A DNA stretch of 64,000 nucleotides, taken from positions 17,596 through 81,595 of the forward strand of contig DASPNH010000125.1 in NCBI GenBank assembly GCA_035626675.1, given 5' to 3'. The notes under the pieces are model-generated. The model worked only from the letters and a program-made list of their open reading frames with translations. It did no database searches and was not told the origin of the DNA. Numbering within the stretch: position 1 is the first letter of the stretch; each line of letters starts with the position of its first letter. Shown here piece by piece: positions 1 to 8,023 of this stretch. Origin of the DNA: Candidatus Binatia bacterium (GTDB lineage Bacteria; Desulfobacterota; Binatia; UBA1149; CAITLU01). A program made the position numbers and the translations under genes.

Positions 1-783
1 GTCTTCTCGCTGACCGGAGCGCGCGCCGTCGCCGCCCCCGTCGACGAGGAAGGCATCGTCTGCACGGCGCTGCACGAGGTTTCGCCGCGAGCACGCGTGG
101 CCTACGTCACGCCGTCGCATCAGTATCCGACGGGCTCCGTCCTTTCGCTGCCGCGGCGGCTCGCGCTACTGGCGTGGGCCGACCGCGCCGAGTCCTACAT
201 CGTCGAGGACGACTACGACGGCGAGTTCCGCTACTCGGGCCGCCCCCTGGCGCCGCTGAAGGCCCTGGATCGCAGCGGCCGGGTTCTGTACCTCGGCACG
301 TTCTCCAAGGTGATGTTCCCGGCCCTGCGCCTCGGCTACCTCGTCCTGCCCAACGCTCTGGTGCGCGTGTTCGCACGCGCCAAGCCGCTGGCCGACGGCG
401 GCACCTCGCCGCTGCTGCAGGCGACGATGGCCGACTTCGTCTCCAGCGGCAGCTTCGAGCTCTACGTCCGTCGTTTGCGTGCGCGCATGCGCGAGCGGCG
501 CCAGGCGCTGCTCGACGCGATCGATGCGAGCCTCGGAGAGGAGGTGCGCGTGGTGGGAGGCGAGGCCGGGCTCCACATCATGCTGCAGTGGAAGAACCGG
601 TCGCCGGCCGACGTCGATGCCATGATGGCTGCTGCAGCCGAGCGCGGCGTGGGCGTGTACTCGGCGGCGTCGTACTACATCCACCCACCCGAGGTCGGGG
701 AGATGGTCCTCGGCTATGCCGCGATGACGCCCGCCGCCATCCGAAGCGGAATCCGCCGGCTGGCCGGAGCGGCGCGCCGCTGA
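1..783 (+). CDS. 3'-partial PLP-dependent aminotransferase-fold protein, C-terminal domain of a MocR/GabR-type GntR regulator; the start lies upstream of the window
   Basis: Translation shows motifs YVTPSHQYPTGSVLSLPRRLALLAWA and FSKVMFPALRLGYLVLP, typical of the MocR aminotransferase-like domain. The ORF runs open from base 1 in frame and stops at TGA 781-783. Confidence 0.75.
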   Translation, partial: VFSLTGARAVAAPVDEEGIVCTALHEVSPRARVAYVTPSHQYPTGSVLSLPRRLALLAWADRAESYIVEDDYDGEFRYSGRPLAPLKALDRSGRVLYLGTFSKVMFPALRLGYLVLPNALVRVFARAKPLADGGTSPLLQATMADFVSSGSFELYVRRLRARMRERRQALLDAIDASLGEEVRVVGGEAGLHIMLQWKNRSPADVDAMMAAAAERGVGVYSAASYYIHPPEVGEMVLGYAAMTPAAIRSGIRRLAGAARR

Positions 784-795
784 CGGCGGAAAAAC

Positions 796-849
796 GGGTC
801 AGGCGCGTTTCTCGAAAAGGTGCCTGACCCCGCCTGACCCCTTTTTCGC
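796..849 (+). terminator. Hairpin followed by a T-run, gggtcaggcg...cgcctgacccctttttcgc; a member of the GGGTCAGGC palindromic element family
   Basis: Inverted repeat gggtcaggc/gcctgaccc (with a second nested copy) followed by cttttt, immediately after the stop codon of the upstream gene. Confidence 0.6.
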
Positions 850-1067
850 ATCAGGCGTTTGGGCATGCCGCGCTGCAGCCCGAGCAACCGGCGCGAAGTC
901 GCACCGGCGCGTCGCGAGCGCGTGGCGCTTCTCCACACACCGGGGACAAACACCCGTCCACGAATACCCCGCAGGTGACGGCGCGTGTGACCGCCGCGTG
1001 TGAAACGCTACAAACAGGCTGTTTCCGAGTCTTCCCTTGCTGGCATGCGGCGTGCTTAAAAGTTGCC

Positions 1068-1721
1068 ATGACCCAGAGCTGTTTCCCGTTCCCCCGGGCC
1101 ACGGCGGCGCTCGCGGCCGCCATGGCATTCACCTCCGTCCTGCTGGCTCCATCGAACGCGCTGGCCGTCTGCGGCGACGTCACCGGCGATGATCAGGTCA
1201 CCGGGACCGACGCCCTGACCGTCCTGAAGGAAGCCGTCGGCCAGAACCCCGACATGACCTGCGCCGACGATCTGGTGGTCGACAACGACGTCGGCTTTGC
1301 CAACCAGCTCGAGTGCTACGGCGACGACTTCACTGCGAAGATGGAATGGTCCGAGCACCCCGAGCATACCTGGCGCGCCGAGACCGAGTACTTCCTGCCG
1401 CTCGAGCCCGATTACATCGAGGTCGACGATCTGTTCATCGGCGGTGAGATCAAGGTGCGACTGGCGGATTGCGGAACCGTCGACTTCGACCTCGACGATT
1501 GGGACATCGTCTATCCGATGCCCGCCGTCGGTGCCGCGTTCTTCTATCTCGACTACGAGTACGACACGGACACGCTGTTTCTGTTCCTGCACCTCGCCCC
1601 GATCGAAACCGACGACGATGGTTTCTCGGGGAACACGGCAGGGAAGCAGGCGGTTGCCTCGCGTGTGATGCTGGGATCGCGGCCCGCGCCGGAAGGCATC
1701 AGCCGCGCCATCGCGAAGTAG
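1068..1721 (+). CDS. Secreted hypothetical protein with an N-terminal Cys-flanked dockerin-like (EF-hand-type) repeat and an acidic C-terminal domain
   Basis: Signal peptide MTQSCFPFPRATAALAAAMAFTSVLLAPSNALA, then CGDVTGDDQVTGTDALTVLKEAVGQ, which matches the dockerin type-I repeat consensus. The Asp/Glu-rich remainder has high GC3. The start was moved to the internal ATG at 1068 that begins the signal peptide, and no clear RBS is present. Confidence 0.6.
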   Translation: MTQSCFPFPRATAALAAAMAFTSVLLAPSNALAVCGDVTGDDQVTGTDALTVLKEAVGQNPDMTCADDLVVDNDVGFANQLECYGDDFTAKMEWSEHPEHTWRAETEYFLPLEPDYIEVDDLFIGGEIKVRLADCGTVDFDLDDWDIVYPMPAVGAAFFYLDYEYDTDTLFLFLHLAPIETDDDGFSGNTAGKQAVASRVMLGSRPAPEGISRAIAK

Positions 1722-1787
1722 GGCCAGGGGCCGCCTCGGCCGGCGACGCGTCGCGACTGTCAGCGCTGCGTCACGCCGGCCGAGGAA

Positions 1788-1843
1788 CGAAAAAAGGGGT
1801 CAGGCACCTTTCCGGCAGTCGAAAAGGTGCGATCCCTTTTTTT
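1788..1843. terminator. Bidirectional rho-independent terminator between convergent genes (A-run, hairpin, T-run); member of the GGGTCAGGCAC-TTTCCGGCAG element family
   Basis: Sequence aaaaaaggggtcaggcacctttccggcagtcgaaaaggtgcgatcccttttttt. The stem is gcaccttt/aaaggtgc, flanked by A6 and T7, and it sits between the + gene ending at 1721 and the - gene ending at 1845. Confidence 0.65.
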
Positions 1844-1844
1844 G

Positions 1845-2177
1845 TCACGGATGCTCGACGCCCGGGGCCTTGCGGGGCTGGCCGGGGATCGGGTTGCGGC
1901 CCGGCTCGGTGACGCCGTCGGAGGCGTCGTCGTCACCGGGCGTTTTGCTGAAGTCGGTCTCGTTGCCCATGCCCTCGGGAGTGCCACGCGGAGTCGGCAC
2001 GGCTCCCGGAGGTGTGTTCTCGGGCATCGCCTGGGGCGGGAGTGGATCGTTGAGCTCCTTGGGAGCTTTCTTGTCGATGTCGTTGTCGTCGACCAGGTCC
2101 GGTTGCGCCAATGCCGCCGAGCCACTGCTCAGCAGCGCCACGGCTACCGCGGCAATCGTCAGGTTCTTCAAGCGCAT
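1845..2177 (-). CDS. Small secreted low-complexity (Pro/Asp/Gly-rich) hypothetical protein
   Basis: Clear signal peptide MRLKNLTIAAVAVALLSSGSAALA. The ATG at 2177 is preceded by a GGTGA/GAGG RBS. The overlapping + strand ORF is judged a shadow. Confidence 0.6.
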   Translation of the reverse strand: MRLKNLTIAAVAVALLSSGSAALAQPDLVDDNDIDKKAPKELNDPLPPQAMPENTPPGAVPTPRGTPEGMGNETDFSKTPGDDDASDGVTEPGRNPIPGQPRKAPGVEHP

Positions 2178-2247
2178 GGATCACCTCACGGAGCGTTCGT
2201 TACTGATACGGACGACGGCAATCAAGCGGGATTCGATGGCGCGGTCA

Positions 2248-2290
2248 TAAGGGGACAGTCCCCTTAAGGTTAAGGGGACAGTCCCCTTAA
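2248..2290. repeat. Two tandem copies of the 20-bp palindrome TAAGGGGACAGTCCCCTTAA separated by ggt; a candidate operator or terminator
   Basis: Read directly: taaggggacagtccccttaa ggt taaggggacagtccccttaa. It lies between the histidine-kinase stop (2307) and the start of the secreted-protein gene (2177). The same palindrome recurs at 10414-10434 and 10499-10518. Confidence 0.7.
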
Positions 2291-2306
2291 AACGGGCGCG
2301 ATGGGG

Positions 2307-3572
2307 TCAGGCGCGTTTCCCACCTAGGCGTACTTCGATGGTTGTGCCGCCGCCGCTTCGGGCCAGCGCGACTGCGCTGCCGCCGTGCAGCGCGGCGATC
2401 TGGCGTACCAGCGCAAGACCGAGGCCGACGCCGCCGCCTTCGCCTTCCTGCGTGCCCGCGCGCCGATAGAACGGCTGGAAGATCTTCTCGCGCTCGGTCT
2501 CGGGAATGCCCGCTCCGCGGTCATGCACTCGCAGGATCGCGCCGTCGCCGCCGTCGCGATGCACGCTCGCTTCGATGGCGGAACCGCCGCCGTAGCGTCG
2601 CGCGTTCTCGAGCACGTTGCGCACCAGGCGCCGAAGCAGCCGCGCGTCGCCATCGAGGACGACGGCATCGCCGCTGACCTCGGCATCGACGAGCGCCGCT
2701 TCCTCGGCAACCAGTGCGAGCAGATCGACGGGCTCGCGCGTGGCCGCCAGCGCGCCGGCGTCGAGGCGGCTCGTCAGCAGGATCTCGCCGACCAGCTCGT
2801 CGAGCTCGCGGATGTCGCGGTCCATGCGCTCGCGCACGTCGGCGCGAGTGTCGGGCGGGAGCAGCGCAAGTGCCACGCGCATGCGCGCCAGCGGCGAGCG
2901 CAGCTCGTGCGATGCGTTGGCCAGAGCATCCTTGAGCGAGCGCACCAGGCGCTCGATGCGTTCGGCGGCGCTGTTGAAGCTGAGTGCGAGTGCGGCGACT
3001 TCGTCCTTGCCTTCGATGCGCACGCGTGCGGACAGATCCCCGCTGCCCAGCGCATCGACGCTGCGATGCAGGCGCTCGAGGCGCCCCGTCAGGCGCCGCA
3101 CCACCGGATAGGCAGCCACGGCGATCGCCGTGGCGATGCCCGCCAGCATCGCCAGCGCGCCGAGGGGTCGCGGACCGTGATGACGATGACGGCGCGCCAG
3201 CACCCAGCGGCCGTCACTCATCGCCAGCGCGGCGACCATGCCGTGATCGGCGTGAAAGAGACTGCACTTGCGCGCATCGCCGGGCGGCGGTGGGAGTGCG
3301 GGGCCGACATTGGCAATGAGCTCGCCGTCGCCGTCGCGCATCGTGACGATGGCGGGAAACTTGTCGGCAAGGCGGATGAGCGCCGCGTGCTGCTCGATCT
3401 GCGGCGCCGTCTTCGGCGGCAGAGTCTGCTCGACCAGCCAGGCCACGCCGTCGAGCATCTGCATGGTCTGGAAGTCGCGCGGGACGATGGCCCAGACGAT
3501 GGCCGAGCCGAGCGCGAAGAGAGCGACAGCGCCGACGAACGCGAGGTATATCTGAAGGTAGAGGCGCTTCAT
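2307..3572 (-). CDS. Sensor histidine kinase (HisKA + HATPase_c, N-terminal TM helix), partner of the upstream OmpR-type regulator
   Basis: H-box HELRSPLARMRVALALL. G-box GGVGLGLALVRQIAALHGG. TM helix MKRLYLQIYLAFVGAVALFALGSAIVWAIV. The start was chosen at ATG 3572, which forms an ATGA overlap with the response-regulator stop. The longer track ORF to 3779 is an Arg-rich extension. Confidence 0.85.
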   Translation of the reverse strand: MKRLYLQIYLAFVGAVALFALGSAIVWAIVPRDFQTMQMLDGVAWLVEQTLPPKTAPQIEQHAALIRLADKFPAIVTMRDGDGELIANVGPALPPPPGDARKCSLFHADHGMVAALAMSDGRWVLARRHRHHGPRPLGALAMLAGIATAIAVAAYPVVRRLTGRLERLHRSVDALGSGDLSARVRIEGKDEVAALALSFNSAAERIERLVRSLKDALANASHELRSPLARMRVALALLPPDTRADVRERMDRDIRELDELVGEILLTSRLDAGALAATREPVDLLALVAEEAALVDAEVSGDAVVLDGDARLLRRLVRNVLENARRYGGGSAIEASVHRDGGDGAILRVHDRGAGIPETEREKIFQPFYRRAGTQEGEGGGVGLGLALVRQIAALHGGSAVALARSGGGTTIEVRLGGKRA

Positions 3573-4267
3573 TCGTCGGGGCGGCGTGCGAAGACGTAGC
3601 CCGTGCCGCGGATCGTCAGGATGCGGCGGGGATGGGCCGGGTCTTCCTCGATGGCGCTGCGAATGCGCGAGACGTGGACGTCGATGCTGCGGTCGAAGGC
3701 TTCGTGCGAATCGCCGCGGACCCGGCTCATCAGCATGTCGCGTGTCATGACGCGGCCGGCGTTGTCGGCCAGCGCGCACAGCAGGTCGAATTGATACGCG
3801 GTCAGCGGCCGCTCGACGCCTTCCAGACGCACGACGCGCGCGTTGCGGTCGATCTCGAGGTTGCCGTAGCGCGCGACTTCGCCACCCGGTGCCTGGGCGC
3901 CAGCGGTAGTGCGCCGCAAGACCGCGCGCAGACGCGCCAGCAGCTCACGGGGATTGAACGGCTTGGGCAGATAATCGTCGGCGCCGAGCTCGAGGCCGAC
4001 GATGCGGTCGGTCTCGTCGCCTCGGGCGGTCAGCATCACGATCGGAATCGAAGAGCGGGCGCGCACGCTCCGGCAGATGTCGAAGCCGTCGCGGTCCGGA
4101 AGCATAACGTCCAGGATGAGTGCATCGAAAGCGCCGCGTTCCAGGGTGGCCAAGCCGCTGGCGGCGTCGTGACAGACTGTCACGTCGATGGAGCTGGTGG
4201 CCAGGTACTCGCGAACCATGCTCGCCAGGCCGCGATCGTCCTCGATCATCAGGATGCGTTCGCTCAT
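3569..4267 (-). CDS. OmpR-family response regulator (receiver + winged-helix DNA-binding domain)
   Basis: Receiver motif MSERILMIEDD...LILDVMLPDRDGFDICRSVR. OmpR C-terminal motif TIRGTGYVF. The start at ATG 4267 was chosen over the longer upstream extension. Confidence 0.85.
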   Translation of the reverse strand: MSERILMIEDDRGLASMVREYLATSSIDVTVCHDAASGLATLERGAFDALILDVMLPDRDGFDICRSVRARSSIPIVMLTARGDETDRIVGLELGADDYLPKPFNPRELLARLRAVLRRTTAGAQAPGGEVARYGNLEIDRNARVVRLEGVERPLTAYQFDLLCALADNAGRVMTRDMLMSRVRGDSHEAFDRSIDVHVSRIRSAIEEDPAHPRRILTIRGTGYVFARRPDE

Positions 4268-4370
4268 GGCGCCGAGAAGGTTGCCTATCATCGCGACACG
4301 AGCGCGGCGAGCGGAGGTCGGCGCGGAGGAAGCCGCAGTCCAGAGGGCTTCCTCCGCGCCGGTGCACGCC

Positions 4371-4967
4371 TCAGCGACGGGAGAGAGGACCGTCGCCTTC
4401 ACGGTCGTGCCCGTGATCGTGATGGTGATCCTTGAAGCGCTCCAGATGCTCGACCAGCTCCACACGCTGCTCGACCGTCAGGACTTCGGCGGTATCGGCG
4501 ATCGCGTCGGAGACCGCACGCGTCAGGTCTTCGGCCAGCGCGAGCTCCTGGACGCGAAGCTTTTCGAGGGCCTCGCGATCGACGGTCGGCTGCGCCAGCA
4601 GCGCCGCGAGGGCATCGCGATGCGAGCGGTGCTGATCGCGGATGGGCTCGAGCTCGTCGACGGCCGAGGAGACGATGGCCTGGATGCGGTCCTCCTGCTC
4701 GTCGGTGGCATCCAGGCGGTGCAGCGCGAAGGAGACGACAGTGTTGATGCGCTCGCGAGCGTGCTCACCGTGGCAACCGCCGCGCGAGCTGGCAAAGGCG
4801 TGCAGCGCGGCGTCGGCGACAGGCATCGTCGAGCCTGCCAGAAAGCCGATGGCGCCGGCGGCAAGGCCGCCCAGCAAAAGGCCGGTCAGGATGCGACGGC
4901 CTCGGCGCGGAGTCTGCGGCTCTTCGGGATAGGGGTGGTTGGGCTCATAGCTTTCGGGGCTTTCCAT
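4371..4967 (-). CDS. LTXXQ-motif periplasmic protein (CpxP/Spy/ZraP family) with a His-rich C-terminal tail; first gene of a three-gene operon with the regulator and kinase
   Basis: LTVEQRVELVEHLERFKDHHHDHGHDREGD carries the LTXXQ motif and a metal-binding-like His cluster. There is an N-terminal hydrophobic segment. It is on the same strand as, and 104 bp upstream of, the response-regulator gene. Confidence 0.7.
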   Translation of the reverse strand: MESPESYEPNHPYPEEPQTPRRGRRILTGLLLGGLAAGAIGFLAGSTMPVADAALHAFASSRGGCHGEHARERINTVVSFALHRLDATDEQEDRIQAIVSSAVDELEPIRDQHRSHRDALAALLAQPTVDREALEKLRVQELALAEDLTRAVSDAIADTAEVLTVEQRVELVEHLERFKDHHHDHGHDREGDGPLSRR

Positions 4968-5088
4968 GACTGATTCCTCGTGCGGGACCGTCGCCGGTCG
5001 TTTGCGGCCGCCCCAGCGCGACCGTCGCCAAGAAACCTACCCGCGGAGAGTTTCCCAAAGTTGTCGCCAACGTAAAGTTTCATGAAGT

Positions 5089-5141
5089 GGGGTCAGGTAC
5101 TGAAAACGCGGTTTTGGGGTCAGGTACTGAATCGTGAGCGG
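5089..5141. repeat. Two copies of the dispersed GGGGTCAGGTACTGAA(AACGCGG) element
   Basis: ggggtcaggtactgaaaacgcgg at 5089-5111 is identical to the 23-mer at 48950-48972. A second copy, ggggtcaggtactgaatcgtgagcgg, follows. Confidence 0.8.
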
Positions 5142-5347
5142 CCGGCGACGGGCGGATCAGGTTGTGAATCGTGGACGGCCGGCGACGGGCGGGTCCGGTT
5201 GTGAATCGTGAACGGCCGGCGACGGGCGGGTCAAATCGTGAATCATGAACGGCCGGCGACGAGCGGCGGCGGGACGGAATGGTGAATGGGCGGCGACGGG
5301 TCAGGTCAGGCTCAGAATCGTGAATGGCCGGCGAAGGTCAGGCACGC
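5128..5347. repeat. Tandem direct-repeat array, about 6 units of about 37 bp (consensus TGAATCGTGAACGGCCGGCGACGGGCGGGTC..GTTG), intergenic
   Basis: Units start at 5128, 5165, 5202, 5239, 5283 and 5321. The first three are exactly 37 bp and near-identical, and the later ones are degenerate. The array lies upstream of the cpxP-like operon start (4967) and downstream of ptsN (5368). Confidence 0.85.
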
Positions 5348-5367
5348 AACGCCAATAAACGCTGGAT

Positions 5368-5826
5368 TCACGATTCCATACCCGCCCCTACCAGCGCCGC
5401 ATGAACGCCAGCCGCGTCGGGCGCACTGCGCACCCTGGCCACAGTCTCTGCGCTGCGAAGAACCTTCGAGACCGCCGAGAGTGCGGTCAGCGCCTCGCTG
5501 CGCGGCTCGTCGGGCGAGACGATCGCACACACGATATCGACGGGCGCGCCATCGATGGCCGCGAAGTCGACCGGCGCGGCAAGGCGCGCGAACACGGCGC
5601 AGTTTCCGCGAACGCCGGCAGTACGCGCGTGCGGAAGCGCGATGCCCGCGCCGATGCCGGTCGAGCCGAGCTCTTCGCGCGCCAGAAGTGCGCGTTCGAC
5701 TTCCGCCGCGCTGACACCGGCGTGCGGGGCGAGCTTCTCCGACAACGCGTGGAGCAGAGCGGCCTTGTCGGTTGCTCCAAGATCGACGAGCACGTGCTCG
5801 ACAGGCAGGAGATCACGCAGCGGCAC
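5368..5826 (-). CDS. ptsN: PTS IIA-like nitrogen regulatory protein (EIIA-Ntr, PtsN)
   Basis: Fructose/mannitol-family IIA signature around the phosphorylatable His, GIALPHAR. Length 152 aa. The last codons overlap the repeat-element region. Confidence 0.7.
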   Translation of the reverse strand: MPLRDLLPVEHVLVDLGATDKAALLHALSEKLAPHAGVSAAEVERALLAREELGSTGIGAGIALPHARTAGVRGNCAVFARLAAPVDFAAIDGAPVDIVCAIVSPDEPRSEALTALSAVSKVLRSAETVARVRSAPDAAGVHAALVGAGMES

Positions 5827-5998
5827 GCATCGACCTTAGTCCGACAGCGAGTGCGGTCAACGATCGAGCACCGACCGCTCCGCCGATGCGGCGGCACGCC
5901 GGCAACTCGATGAGCATCTCCCGGCCCCAAAACGACATCGGCCGCAGGCGCGGTGCCTGCGGCCGATGCCGATCTGGTGCGTTCGCGTTTCGAGTCGC

Positions 5999-8023
5999 CT
6001 ACGGCTGACCGGGGCCAGGCGCGTCGGGGCCGCGCTTGCGGCCGGGCGCGTTGTCGTCGTCGCCCGCGCCCTTGCCTTTTTGCTGCGGCTGGCCGGGGCG
6101 ATTGTCGCCGCGCTCGTTGCCCTTGCGAAGCGGCTCGGACGCGCCCTGTCGACCGCGATCGGGCTGCATGCGCACGGGCTCGGCGCCTTCGCCTCGACCC
6201 TGGTTGACGCCTGGTCCTCGCTGCGGCTCGCGCGCTGCCGGCGGTGCACCGCGCTGCTCGCGCTGCATCTGCGGCTCGCGCGCCGACGGCGGTGCACCGC
6301 GCTGCTCGCGCTGTTGCATGCCTGCATCGCCGCGGCCGCCGCGCTCGGGCGACGCCGCCGGTGCCGGCGACGGCTCGCGCATCTCGCGAGCGCGATCGGG
6401 ACGTTCACCGCCCGGAAGCCGATCCGGACGGTCGGGGCGCTCCATCTGCGAGCCCTTCACGCCCGGCGCAGTGCGCTCGGTCGGCTGATTGCCACGCTGC
6501 ATCTCGCCGCTGTCACGAACAGGGCTGGCGCCCTTGCCGTCGCGATCGCGGCCCTGCTGCTGGCGATCGGTTTCGGTGCCGCCACGACGCTCGATCGCAC
6601 CGGCTTCGCCGCCACGCTCGCGACGCTGGCGCTCGATCTCGGTCGCACCGGCATCACCGCCGCGCTCGCGACGCTGCCGATCCATGTCGGTTTCCGCGCC
6701 GACTGCGCCGCCGCGACGCTCGGTCTCCGCACCGGCCTCGCCGCCACGACGCTGCCGATCCTTCTCGGTCTCCGCGCCGGCTGCGCCGCCGCGACGCTCC
6801 GCGTCCGCACCGGCTTCGACGCCGCGCTCGCGACGCTGACGGTCCATCTCGGTCTCCGCGCCGGCCGCGCCGCCGCGAGGCTCCGTCTCCGCGCCGGCTT
6901 CGCCGCCGCGCTGGCGACCCTCGCGATCCGTGGCTGCGTCGGGGCTGCCTTTGCTGCGCTTCTCGCGCAGGCGTTGCTCGCCGGTCTGCGCCTCGGTCTC
7001 GAGCTCTTTCGGATTGTCGGCGGTCAGCGGACGAAGGCCGCGATCCTTGCGCTCCTCGGCCGCGGTCTTCATGTCGCCGCGCTGTCGACGCTGCTTGAGC
7101 TCCTGCGGAGGCGTCTGCTCGTCAGGCGCTTCGGCAAGTCCGAGGCGATCGGGCGTGATGCGCTGCGCGCGCTCCTTCGGCGCACGCTCGATGCGTGGCC
7201 GGTAGATCTGGAGCGCCCCGTCGCCGCCGGCGGCAAGACCGCCGCGCGTGGGACGATCGGCCTCGGTGATGCGCACCGGCCGGATCTGCCGCCCGCTTCG
7301 CCGCTCGAACTCCTGCCGTCCGAAGTCGCCGCGGAAGCGCGCGTGCCCGCCCTGCACGTCGTAGCGCGTGACATCGCGGGCCTCGCGGAAGAAGCGCTCG
7401 CGCCGCGAGTTGTCACGAATGACGACCTTGTCGATGTGGGTGGTGTTGAAGTTGTTGTAGTCGACGAAGACGAACTGGTTGTAGCTCGGTTCGGCGATGT
7501 GGAAGCTGGCATACGTGTCGAAGAACGACGGCCGGTGGTAGAAGCCTCCGCCAAAATCCAGCGTCAGCGAGATTTCATGGCCGAACGTCTGCGGCGGAAG
7601 CGGTGCCCAGCCCACGTGCGAGTCGGTCACACGCCAGCTGACCCATGCCGGGCCCCACACGTCGCCGGGCACCCAGACCCACCCGGTATGAGGATCGTCG
7701 TACCATCGACCGTAGTGATAGGTCGCCCAGCCGAAGGACTCGTCGGAAGCCCAGACCCAGCCGTACTCGTCGGCCCACTCCCAGCGGCCGCGCGTGTACG
7801 GCTGCCAGCTCGCCTCGACGCGAATGGGATACCAGACCCAGCCAAGACGCGGGTGGTAGTACCAGCGGCCGTCCGGAGCCAGCGCGGCGTAGAAGTACGT
7901 TGTGTCGAATACCGCCGCGCGGACCTCGGTTGCGACCACGGCGTCCGTCGCGATGCCACCGAGTGCCGCGCAGCCCAGGAAAAGAGCAAATCCCAGTGCG
8001 GAAATGCGCGATGTGTTGTGCAT
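5999..8023 (-). CDS. Secreted or lipoprotein with an N-terminal Trp-rich W-x-x-G-x-W / Y-x-W-G-type repeat domain and a roughly 450-aa Arg/Glu/Gly-rich internally repetitive C-terminal region
   Basis: Signal peptide MHNTSRISALGFALFLGCAALGG, with ATG 8023 preceded by GGAGG. Repeats GRWYYHPRLGWVWYP, RGRWEWADEYGWVW, GRWYDDPHTGWVWVPGDVWGPAW. The C-terminal 25-aa periodic units ERRGGAAGAETEMDRQRRERG correspond to 75-bp DNA repeats at about 6590-6990. The 707-aa + strand ORF 5966-8089 is judged a shadow. Confidence 0.65.
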   Translation of the reverse strand: MHNTSRISALGFALFLGCAALGGIATDAVVATEVRAAVFDTTYFYAALAPDGRWYYHPRLGWVWYPIRVEASWQPYTRGRWEWADEYGWVWASDESFGWATYHYGRWYDDPHTGWVWVPGDVWGPAWVSWRVTDSHVGWAPLPPQTFGHEISLTLDFGGGFYHRPSFFDTYASFHIAEPSYNQFVFVDYNNFNTTHIDKVVIRDNSRRERFFREARDVTRYDVQGGHARFRGDFGRQEFERRSGRQIRPVRITEADRPTRGGLAAGGDGALQIYRPRIERAPKERAQRITPDRLGLAEAPDEQTPPQELKQRRQRGDMKTAAEERKDRGLRPLTADNPKELETEAQTGEQRLREKRSKGSPDAATDREGRQRGGEAGAETEPRGGAAGAETEMDRQRRERGVEAGADAERRGGAAGAETEKDRQRRGGEAGAETERRGGAVGAETDMDRQRRERGGDAGATEIERQRRERGGEAGAIERRGGTETDRQQQGRDRDGKGASPVRDSGEMQRGNQPTERTAPGVKGSQMERPDRPDRLPGGERPDRAREMREPSPAPAASPERGGRGDAGMQQREQRGAPPSAREPQMQREQRGAPPAAREPQRGPGVNQGRGEGAEPVRMQPDRGRQGASEPLRKGNERGDNRPGQPQQKGKGAGDDDNAPGRKRGPDAPGPGQP

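Noticed and set aside
1033-1067. Sigma-54-like promoter (TGGCAT-N5-GTGCT) upstream of the first secreted-protein gene
   Set aside because: The -12 element is a poor match, the spacing to the start codon leaves no room for a leader or RBS, and no enhancer-binding-protein gene is nearby.
3573-3779. N-terminal 69-aa extension of the histidine kinase ORF (and similar Arg-rich extensions on the response regulator at 4268-4465, the saccharopine dehydrogenase at 50222-50632, the TPR gene and others)
   Set aside because: The extensions are Arg/Pro-rich, lack RBSs, and overlap upstream genes. Internal ATGs with RBSs and proper N-terminal features (TM helix or signal peptide, ATGA overlap) were preferred.
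5128-5347. CRISPR array (also considered for 12197-12455)
   Set aside because: The units are contiguous direct repeats without unique spacers. Period and sequence decay are typical of minisatellites, and no cas genes are in the window.
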